Source: Bacteroidales bacterium UBA6207
Lineage (GTDB): Bacteria > Bacteroidota > Bacteroidia > Bacteroidales > F082
DNA: 24,000 nucleotides
Direction of reading: 5' to 3'
Assembly (NCBI GenBank): GCA_002421995.1
Contig: DISP01000002.1
Span: forward strand, 6,417 to 30,416
A program made the translations under genes and the position numbers. Below are positions 17,498 to 24,000 of the stretch, in pieces. Positions within the stretch are counted from its first letter, which is position 1, and every line of letters starts with the position of its first letter. The notes beneath the pieces are model-generated. The model saw only the letters and a list, made by a program, of their open reading frames with translations, was not told where the DNA came from and ran no database searches.

Positions 17498-19377
17498 TAC
17501 TTCCTTGGATTTAATGCTTTATAAATGCTTGAATCTTTTGAAAAATGCTTATAGATACTTTCTATTTCTGCATTATTCTTAGCTGCTAATTGAAAATCAT
17601 TTCTTAAACTAAATGGTATTTTAGTGTTATCAGCTTTGTTAATTGCTCTTATATAAGAATCAATAACACCATTGATTTTATGAATCATCAATTCAATAAA
17701 AACTTTGTGAATACTGTCATTTTCAGGTGATTTGATTAACTCTTTCTCCAAAAGGTTGAGAAGCGTTTCAATTTCTGAATCATTTAGCTTTCCGCTAATT
17801 TCTTGTTGAACCTCTTTATTTAGTATGCTTCCAGACCCGTGATTAATTAATTTTTTGCTTAGTACTCTAATATGAGGTGGAATTAAAGAAGCACCGCTTA
17901 TTGTAGTAGAAAGTTGGTCTCTTGAAATCCAGTAGTAATCTCTTAAATCAACACCAGAAATCTTGGGTTCTGAACTTAACCATTTAATAACTTTTTCAGA
18001 TGCCCACTCTGCGGAAAATTGCCTTTTGATCTCTTCAATATTATTTTTCGATGCGAGTTCTTCCAAAAGCAAAATTTGTTTAGGTTCTCCTTTTTGAGCA
18101 GTTTGCCAATTGTATAATTCTTTAAAAAGGTTTGTTGTTGAATATTCCAACACCATTAATTTAGCAAGTACATCAATTTTAAATTCTGCTATCCTAGCAA
18201 CTTTTACTAGTCTATTGCGAAGGGTAAAAGTGTTCAAAAATCTTTTTATCTGCCTTGGATTGCCTTTAAGACCTTCCGTTATGATTGGCGATAATGATGC
18301 TATAAGTGAGATGCTTTCAGTTAATTCTTGTTTCTGCTGTGGGTTTGCAAATTCCTGAATATCACCTAATCCAAACACATCGTATCTATTAGTTTCTCTG
18401 TTTTTACTAAATGCTTTAATCACTTTAACAAAATCATTTCCCATTATTTTCTTGCAATAAAGCAGAGTTAAATAAGTTTCAACTTCGTTGTCAGTTAATT
18501 TCGGTAAGTAGTAGGGTATTTGAATAAGCTTTTCAAGGTAATCACTAACAATTCTTTTATTTCTGCTGTCAGGGTCACTTGAGTTTTCAATATTATCAGT
18601 TTTATAGCGGTGTTCAATAGCAAATCTTACTATCCTTGGGTCGGCACCAATAACAAAGGCAGTTTTCTCAACATTAAGGAAAAGCTTAATTGCTTCAAGA
18701 TTTTCTATCAACCTATCAGGCGTACATCTATCTAAATCATCAATGATTACAACAAGTTTTTTTATTCCTGATTTTTCAATCATTGCATTAAAGTCATCTC
18801 GAAATTCTCTAATTATTGTAACTTCTTTGTCCTCATTTTTTTTAATGATATCCTTTAAAAACTCTTCAGCATCTTCACCTTTTAATTTATCTGCTAAGTC
18901 TTCTTTGCTAAGTTGAGAGAATTCATTCATTAGAAATGGTAATAATGAAACGCCTCCTGATAAAAAAGCTGCTGCACCGGGCACTATCACTTTTTTAAAA
19001 CTCAGCCCAAGTAATCTCATCCATTTTACTGACATTAAAAGTTTAGTCGTTTTGTCTTTGACTTTATTTCCAATGGTTTTATGCTTATCAAAACTCTCAA
19101 TTATAGATTCTAATAAAGCAGCTTTTGCATCATCATAGCCTTCAAAAACCCAACCATTAAAATACAAAACAAGAGTACCGTCATTTAATCCATCATCTTT
19201 ACCGCCTGTTAATTCTTTTTCAACTATTTTGAGAATACTCGATTTTCCACTTCCCCAATCACCAAACACACCGATTGTTACAGGCAATACTTTATCATCT
19301 TTAATAACGTCTACTAGTAAATCTGCGTGTACTTTGAAGCCTAAAAGGTCTTCGGATGTTTCATTGTCTGCCCACAT
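17497..19377 (-). CDS. qatA: KAP-family P-loop NTPase, QatA
   Basis: 626-aa ORF. Walker A GVFGDWGSGKSS and Walker B KLVVIIDDLDRC (the KAP-type DDLDR). It is the first gene of the four-gene Qat arrangement. Confidence 0.8.
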   Translation of the reverse strand: MWADNETSEDLLGFKVHADLLVDVIKDDKVLPVTIGVFGDWGSGKSSILKIVEKELTGGKDDGLNDGTLVLYFNGWVFEGYDDAKAALLESIIESFDKHKTIGNKVKDKTTKLLMSVKWMRLLGLSFKKVIVPGAAAFLSGGVSLLPFLMNEFSQLSKEDLADKLKGEDAEEFLKDIIKKNEDKEVTIIREFRDDFNAMIEKSGIKKLVVIIDDLDRCTPDRLIENLEAIKLFLNVEKTAFVIGADPRIVRFAIEHRYKTDNIENSSDPDSRNKRIVSDYLEKLIQIPYYLPKLTDNEVETYLTLLYCKKIMGNDFVKVIKAFSKNRETNRYDVFGLGDIQEFANPQQKQELTESISLIASLSPIITEGLKGNPRQIKRFLNTFTLRNRLVKVARIAEFKIDVLAKLMVLEYSTTNLFKELYNWQTAQKGEPKQILLLEELASKNNIEEIKRQFSAEWASEKVIKWLSSEPKISGVDLRDYYWISRDQLSTTISGASLIPPHIRVLSKKLINHGSGSILNKEVQQEISGKLNDSEIETLLNLLEKELIKSPENDSIHKVFIELMIHKINGVIDSYIRAINKADNTKIPFSLRNDFQLAAKNNAEIESIYKHFSKDSSIYKALNPRK

Positions 19378-19490
19378 AGTTATTTGTTTTTCTTAGTTTT
19401 CTTGTTAAAATTAAGTATCTGACAACTCGCTAATTTAATATTAATAATCTCTGTAACGTCATTCAGTGCTTTGGCAAAAAATGGCTCTTT

Positions 19491-19610
19491 TGGTTTTGCG
19501 AAGGGTCGGCTTGTGTGTCTGGCAAAACCAAATGTACCATTTGTGCAGTGACAGTCCGATTGTTATATAGTCTGTATGTTTTTGGTCACCTGTCAAAATG
19601 GTTTACATTT
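19491..19610. other. Two adjacent hairpins between the 175-aa gene and the qatA promoter region
   Basis: H1: tggttttgc (19491-19499) pairs with gcaaaacca (19522-19530), a 9-bp perfect stem. H2: aaatgtaccattt (19530-19542) pairs with aaatggtttacattt (19596-19610), 13 bp with a 2-nt bulge. An inner stem tgacag (19549-19554) pairs with ctgtca (19590-19595). Confidence 0.45.
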
Positions 19611-19653
19611 TTTTTCGTTCCTATTTCTCTGTCGGGTTGTGTCGTCCGTTACA

Positions 19654-19797
19654 CTTGCAGCCAACGTTTGGCAGATTTGCGATGGGCGGGCTTTTCAGCA
19701 CAAATGTTCATTCGGAGAACTGCACTTTCTTTACCCACAAATGTGTCATAGAAGCACGTCACCACGCCTATTGCAAATCTACTTTTAGCTGCTGGCA
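19654..19797. repeat. Copy B of the ~140-nt hairpin-forming intergenic element
   Basis: Same orientation as copy A. The termini gcagccaac (19657-19665) and tagctgctgg (19786-19795) are imperfect inverted repeats. The long stem gcagatttgcgatgggcgg (19671-19689) pairs with cgcctattgcaaatctac (19765-19782), including G-U-type positions. It has about 24 extra nt (19739-19762) relative to copy A. Confidence 0.55.
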
Positions 19798-19812
19798 TTT
19801 TTTTCTGTCGTG

Positions 19813-20340
19813 TTAGTTGAGTTGTCTTTCAGTTATGTCTTTTAGAATATTCTTGCCAAGTTTTTTTAGTAACTCAATTTCTTTGTCGTTTAAGTTTTCA
19901 AATGTAATCATACTTTCGTGGTGTAAATATGTAAACACTTTTCTGTCTGCTGAAAAAAGGTACAATTCGTCAAACTCGTAGTAGTGATGAAGTTCGTCAT
20001 AGTCTTTGTAATTTCGTGGTGGCGTCATTCCTAATTCGTGTTGTGCAAACTCATATTCTAATAGTTTCTGTTTGCAATTTTCGTTAAGGTCAAACTTAAC
20101 AATAATGTCGGTGTCCAACTCAGCAAGTCCCTTTTCATTAAGTTCCCAATTCGTAAAATAGTTAAGTCCTTTCGGAAACAGGTCTTGTTTAGTAACAACA
20201 CTCATAAAACCGAAACTGTCTGCAACTTGGAAGATAAAATCATTAAGGATTGTACGCCAAATGTCTTCTGTGATATTTTCCCACGAAGGAGGGTTTTGTC
20301 CTTGGAGTTTCACGTTGTTTAGATATTGATATTCTTTCAT
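19813..20340 (-). CDS. Hypothetical acidic 175-aa protein
   Basis: Clean AT-rich ORF on the same strand as the island genes, flanked by noncoding DNA on both sides. No motif recognised. Confidence 0.55.
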   Translation of the reverse strand: MKEYQYLNNVKLQGQNPPSWENITEDIWRTILNDFIFQVADSFGFMSVVTKQDLFPKGLNYFTNWELNEKGLAELDTDIIVKFDLNENCKQKLLEYEFAQHELGMTPPRNYKDYDELHHYYEFDELYLFSADRKVFTYLHHESMITFENLNDKEIELLKKLGKNILKDITERQLN

Positions 20341-20823
20341 TCGGCTCGTCTTTTAAGCTCGGTTTTATGCTTGCAGCTAACTAGCCGCTAACCGCCACTC
20401 TATTACGTATATCTCGCCACTTAATCGTTGATATCCGCAACTTGGCGAAATCACTGCTTCAATTTTCTTCTTACCATTCAATATTTTCATATCACATCAA
20501 TTTTAAAACCACAATCAAAAACCACAAAAGAGCCATCCGAACACCTTATCAGCATCCATCATAGCTCTTTCTTTCTTTAACCTCTTTGTATAACGGCACA
20601 AGCAGCAGGCCGTTAAACAAGGCACTAAAGATAAGCGAAGTATGCGTTAGATAAAATACCAGCGATAAATTTAGAATGAATCTAAGGAAATGGAAACAAA
20701 GGAAGCGTCCATTGGTAATCGCAAAGATGCTTGAATGGTCTTGTTTGCCACGAAAGCAATAATAGTCGTTATTCATTCGTGCATTTGTGGCATCATTAGT
20801 TGTTGCACCTTCGTAAATAAAGC

Positions 20824-21096
20824 ATGCCGTCACCTTCATCAAGCGTGCACAAGCGTTCTCCAAGCACGCTGATACGTTCTTCTTGTGCGCTGATGCAATG
20901 TTCAAGTGTGCTGGCGCATTCTTTTTGTACGCTGATGCAATGTTCAAGTGTGCCGGAGCATTCTTTTTGTGCGCTGACGCAATGTTCAAGTGCGCTGACG
21001 CATTCTTTTTGTACGCTGATGCATTGTCCTAGTGTGCCGGAGCATTCTTTTTGTACGCTGACGCTTTATCCAGGTGCGCTGACGCATTAACCAGGA
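20824..21096. repeat. Tandem array of 13 x 21-bp units with two alternating subtypes (42-bp super-period)
   Basis: Unit boundaries fall every 21 nt from 20824. Examples: 20887 gcgctgatgcaatgttcaagt, 20908 gtgctggcgcattctttttgt, 20929 acgctgatgcaatgttcaagt, 20950 gtgccggagcattctttttgt (identical to the 21034 unit), 20971 gcgctgacgcaatgttcaagt, 20992 gcgctgacgcattctttttgt. The two leftmost units (20824, 20845) are degenerate. Most units carry a short dyad, TGC-N4-GCA or GCG-N4-CGC. Confidence 0.9.
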
Positions 21097-21648
21097 ATGC
21101 AGTTGGGTTCACAGGAAAAATTCTACCCAAATATCATATTTATCAACTGCTCAAATCCCCTCTTTTTCCGGCTATCGCTCCATGCAAAATGTTCCGAATT
21201 TTCAACAATCCAGTCAAAAGCTAACAACTAAAGGCTAAAAGCCTATTAAACCACCAATATAAAACACTGAAATACAACACGATACGATTTTGTCACGGTT
21301 TTGCCTAATAGGTAGAGGTTAAAGATTAAATACTATGCCAACATTTTTACATATGGTAGAGCGGCTTGCCCGCGAGTTCAGGAAGCAGTTCGCCAAAACG
21401 AAAAAGCCTCCCCGCCGGCAACCGATATCATTGCAGCGTGTCAAAGCACTGTGGCTGTTGGTCAGGGCTGCCGGGCGGCACTCTGAGACTCCGCCACCCT
21501 GTGGCGACACTCATTATGCCTATACACCCGACCTGCGCATGCTCCAGCAAAAAAAGTTTCACACCATCGCAGGGAGCAACGCCCCTCCGGCTGTAGTGTC
21601 TTCAACGCGAAAAAATCAAAATATTAAAAATTCAAAACATTTTATATA

Positions 21649-22581
21649 ATGACAAAAGAAATCACTTTTATTCAGAAATTCAATGCCATCAAACGGGTGC
21701 TCGAAAATCACAGCAGCGCCTTCGATGGAAAACCGAACGCCATCGCGTTCAGAGACCGTTTCTTCAGCAAATCGCTCGAACTCTCCAACCGTCTCAACAA
21801 TCTTGTGCGCCCTGTCAGCAGCTTCTATGCCGATCGCAAGTCGCAACGTGAAAACCTTCAAAACCAGCTCCAGCGGATGACTGATTTTGGGATCATGCTG
21901 GCCAAAGGCACTCAAAACAGCGCCATGCTGAACACCTTCACAAGGTATAAGCAAATGATCAAGACGACATCGGCCAGTATGATGCTTCAGGTGGCACTCG
22001 ATGAGCTCAGCCTGATCAATTCGCAGATGGCTGCTGCAGAAGCACTTGGCCTCGATAGCAGCTTTATGGATGGTTTTGAGGAGATGCTTGCAGGGTATCA
22101 AGAGGCCTATAATTCGGCCCAGAACCAGTTGGATGTTCGCCGTGCCGAACGCGATGCCGTGAACACCCTCATCAAGGAGTGCAACGACATCCTGCGTTTT
22201 GAACTCGACCAGTTTGTCCGCTTCAACGCCCCCGAAAACCAGTCGCTGGCCCAAAACTACCAGCGTCTGCGCAGGGTGAAACGTTCCGGCTCCAATTCAG
22301 CGAACAACATGCCCGAAACCTCCGACATCATCGGCACCGTGAGCGATGCCGCTACCGGACTTCCGGTGGCCGGCGCTGTGGTCAAACTCATCGAGCAGGG
22401 ATGGACCATCACCACCGACGGGGATGGCGATTTTCTGTTTGATGACCTGTCTGCAGGACATCTTACCATTAGCTGCCATGCCTCCGGCTACGAAGTGCCC
22501 GAAATCGCCGCCATCGACCTGGGTCTCAACGACCATGTGGTGTGGAACTTCCAGCTTACGAAGCTGGCCTCCGGCAGCTGA
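21649..22581 (+). CDS. Hypothetical protein with a helical N-terminal region and a C-terminal carboxypeptidase-regulatory-like (CarboxypepD_reg) beta-sandwich domain
   Basis: 310-aa ORF in GC-rich DNA. IIGTVSDAATGLPVAGAVVKLIEQGWTITTDGDGDFLFDDLSAGHLTISCHASGYE matches the CarboxypepD_reg pattern. It is followed by a strong intrinsic terminator. Confidence 0.75.
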   Translation: MTKEITFIQKFNAIKRVLENHSSAFDGKPNAIAFRDRFFSKSLELSNRLNNLVRPVSSFYADRKSQRENLQNQLQRMTDFGIMLAKGTQNSAMLNTFTRYKQMIKTTSASMMLQVALDELSLINSQMAAAEALGLDSSFMDGFEEMLAGYQEAYNSAQNQLDVRRAERDAVNTLIKECNDILRFELDQFVRFNAPENQSLAQNYQRLRRVKRSGSNSANNMPETSDIIGTVSDAATGLPVAGAVVKLIEQGWTITTDGDGDFLFDDLSAGHLTISCHASGYEVPEIAAIDLGLNDHVVWNFQLTKLASGS

Positions 22582-22613
22582 TCCACCAAGCTCAGATAGC
22601 CAATCGTCCCAAA

Positions 22614-22643
22614 AGCCTTGCCCTAGCGGCGGGGCTTTTTTTT
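22614..22643 (+). terminator. Rho-independent terminator of the 310-aa gene
   Basis: Stem agccttgcc (22614-22622) pairs with ggcggggct (22628-22636), 9 bp including two G-U pairs. The loop is ctagc, followed by a run of 8 T (22636-22643). It starts 33 nt after the stop codon. Confidence 0.8.
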
Positions 22644-22645
22644 CT

Positions 22646-22827
22646 GTTGATGCGTTGATTTGTTGATCTGTTGATTTGTTGCTGGCGCAAGCCTTAGCTT
22701 AAGCTTAAGCTAAAGCTAAAAGCCAAGAGCCTTCAGCACCGCTCACATTCAAACGCGCAAGCATCAACAAATCAACAAAGAACAAATCAACTTCTTTTAT
22801 GCGGTTGATTTGTTGCTGGCGCAAGCC
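22646..22827. repeat. Cluster of the 12-mer GTTGATTTGTTG in both orientations, plus a 24-nt perfect direct repeat
   Basis: Forward copies at 22654-22665, 22670-22681 and 22804-22815. Reverse copies are caacaaatcaac at 22765-22776 and gaacaaatcaac at 22780-22791. The 24-mer gttgatttgttgctggcgcaagcc is exact at 22670-22693 and 22804-22827. Confidence 0.8.
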
Positions 22828-23030
22828 AAAACCAACGGCCAAGTTCCTCCAAAAGCCATTGCCAAAATTGTTCTATTATAAAACGACCTCGCGGGGCAGA
22901 TACCTTTCCTGATGCTGAAAGCAGCAGGTGTCGCAGTCACAGACTACGCCAAGCGCTGGTAATCAGCTATTGAAGCTGTCACAATAAATGCAGCCACTTA
23001 TTTATCCTCTAAAATTAAACAATTCAAATA

Positions 23031-23584
23031 CCCTAGCTTCAGGTGTCGCGATTGAACTTTAAACTTTGAACTCCTCAAAACCCCCTTCCAAACATTTCCC
23101 AAAACCTGATTTCCATCTCTTTCCAGCGTTGCACGGTAGCAGCGGCAAAGTCTTTCGAGAAGCGGCTCAGCTCTTTGGAGGCCTCGGCTTTTTTACCTTC
23201 TTTGAGCAGGAGCGCGGCTCTTTTTTCGGCAAGCGGCATTTCATCAAAGGCCTTTTGTTCAAACTCACGCACATTGCCTAGCACAATGTCTTTGGTTTTG
23301 CCCTAGCTTCAGGTGTCGCGATTGAACTTTAAACTTTGAACTTTAAACTTTGAACTCCTCAAAACCCCCTTCCAAACATTTCCCAAAACCTGATTTCCAT
23401 CTCTTTCCAGCGTTGTACTGTGGCAGCGGCAAAGTCTTTCGAGAAGCGGCTCAGCTCTTTGGAGGCCTCGGCTTTTTTACCTTCTTTGAGCAGGAGCGCG
23501 GCTCTTTTTTCGGCAAGCGGCATTTCATCAAAGGCCTTTTGTTCAAACTCACGCACATTGCCTAGCACAATGTCTTTGGTTTTG
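23031..23584. repeat. Tandem duplication (270 bp + 284 bp) covering the last 69 codons of the dipeptidase gene plus ~44-58 bp of downstream DNA
   Basis: 23031-23300 and 23301-23584 are identical by eye apart from two kinds of difference. One is a 14-bp indel: the aactttaaactttg mini-repeat is expanded in copy 2. The other is three substitutions (23132/23416 c/t, 23135/23419 g/t, 23138/23422 a/g). Confidence 0.9.
23075..23284 (-). pseudogene. Detached duplicate of the dipeptidase C-terminal 69 codons (gene fragment)
   Basis: The 69-aa ORF MLGNVREFEQKAFDEMPLAEKRAALLLKEGKKAEASKELSRFSKDFAAATVQRWKEMEIRFWEMFGRGF is 100% identical in protein to the C-terminus of the 23359.. ORF. It has no upstream gene body. 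Confidence 0.7.
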
Positions 23585-24000
23585 CCCCAGCTCACGGTGG
23601 CCAGCTTGTTGGCTTTGCGGTAGTGCCAGAGGGCGGCATCTTCGCGGTATCTTTTTTGTCCGCAAAACTCAAAACCGGCAGGCAATTCCGAAGCGCCGGC
23701 ATAGATGGGGATGCGCGGACTCTCGCCCGGGTTGTCAAACGAAAACCAGCTCACTCCGCCAATCTCGTCGGGCAGCCAGCCTCGCAGCTGGGTGATGTGG
23801 CTGTAGGAGCACCAGCTCACCGACACCGTGCGCTGAAATTCCACCGTGCCGGGAGCCAGATAGTTGAGGGTGTTGCGCATATCGGTGGTCAGCCAGGGGT
23901 TTGCCACCGGACTCACAAGGGTGTCGGCACCAATTTCGTTGCGTTTGTCGTCGTATTTCTTTTTGATGTATTTCACCTTTCGGGTCATGTCGTAGGCGGT
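23359..24000 (-). CDS. C69-family dipeptidase-like protein, C-terminal 213 codons (5' end beyond the right edge)
   Basis: The frame stays open upstream of the listed Met to position 24000 (..TAYDMTRKV..). It is GC-rich. SWFSFDNPGESPRIPIYAG and the ...FWEMFGRGF terminus resemble Bacteroidota C69 dipeptidases as I remember them. Family call is by eye. Confidence 0.6.
   Translation of the reverse strand, partial: TAYDMTRKVKYIKKKYDDKRNEIGADTLVSPVANPWLTTDMRNTLNYLAPGTVEFQRTVSVSWCSYSHITQLRGWLPDEIGGVSWFSFDNPGESPRIPIYAGASELPAGFEFCGQKRYREDAALWHYRKANKLATVSWGKTKDIVLGNVREFEQKAFDEMPLAEKRAALLLKEGKKAEASKELSRFSKDFAAATVQRWKEMEIRFWEMFGRGF

Noticed and set aside
19515-19816. Three overlapping plus-strand ORFs of 70-78 aa, one in each of the three frames
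   Set aside because: All three frames are open over the same structured repeat (element copy B and the hairpins), and the sequences are not protein-like.
20341-20470. Possible third copy of the hairpin element upstream of the 175-aa gene (cttgcagctaac at ~20379, similar to cttgcagccaac of copy B)
   Set aside because: The similarity is limited to about 12 nt at one terminus. The rest does not align with copies A or B by eye.
20549-20989. 146-aa minus-strand ORF (NIASAHKKNAPAHL repeats, then a hydrophobic tail), together with the 88-aa plus-strand ORF at 20824-21090
   Set aside because: Both run through the 21-bp array. Because the period is a multiple of 3, frames stay open on both strands by construction. 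The minus ORF starts at a TTG inside the array, and the array continues about 100 nt beyond it. The non-repeat tail (20549-20820) could be a remnant of a membrane protein, but I cannot support a CDS call.
20824-21096. Possible CRISPR array
   Set aside because: Units are contiguous 21-mers with no unique spacers. The alternating subtypes are themselves repeated, and no cas genes are present in the window.
21100-21648. tRNA, tmRNA, SRP RNA or RNase P RNA at the island boundary
   Set aside because: There is no GGTTCGA-type T-arm, no tmRNA or RNase P signature strings, and the tcaggaagcag stretch lacks the SRP GGAA tetraloop context. Nothing supports an RNA gene call without a covariance-model scan.
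21616-22254. 212-aa minus-strand ORF antisense to the 310-aa gene, plus the smaller ORFs at 22257-22666
   Set aside because: These are typical shadow ORFs in GC-rich coding DNA. The plus-strand gene has a recognisable domain, a clean start and a strong terminator.

Overview
About 21 kb of this window (1 to ~21,100) is an AT-rich defence island with every gene on the minus strand. From ~21,300 it abuts a much GC-richer segment that looks like core genome (a CarboxypepD_reg-domain protein and a C69-type dipeptidase). Sample 60-nt lines run 30-38% GC in the island and 60-68% in the core segment. The lack of Shine-Dalgarno sequences, a TAnnTTTG-like box and the gene content suggest a Bacteroidota host (inference). 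From left to right on the plus strand the island holds five blocks. (1) A three-gene operon: DprA/SLOG-like protein, Hanks Ser/Thr kinase with TPR and FHA regions, and an AbiH-family protein that is truncated by the window edge and absent from the ORF track. (2) A tightly coupled five-gene operon: PLD-nuclease/SNF2-helicase fusion, Eco57I-like N6-adenine methyltransferase, ParA/MinD-like ATPase, a 130-aa protein, and a Schlafen-type AlbA_2 + HATPase_c_4 + wHTH protein. (3) A standalone DUF2130 protein (Zn-ribbon, coiled coil, PD-(D/E)xK). (4) A complete QatABCD system (KAP NTPase, QatB, QueC-like, TatD). (5) An orphan 175-aa gene. The best candidates for something undescribed are the five-gene methylation-associated operon and the kinase-AbiH operon. 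The noncoding signals are: two diverged copies of a ~140-nt hairpin element bracketing the Qat cassette; an array of 13 x 21-bp tandem repeats at the island edge; a repeated AAAAGTGGGGAG motif between the two operons; a compositional break inside the methyltransferase gene; a cluster of a 12-mer in both orientations; and a tandem duplication of the dipeptidase 3' end whose only substitutions are three synonymous changes. No tRNA, rRNA, CRISPR array, integrase or transposase was recognised. All family assignments come from motifs read by eye, with no database search.
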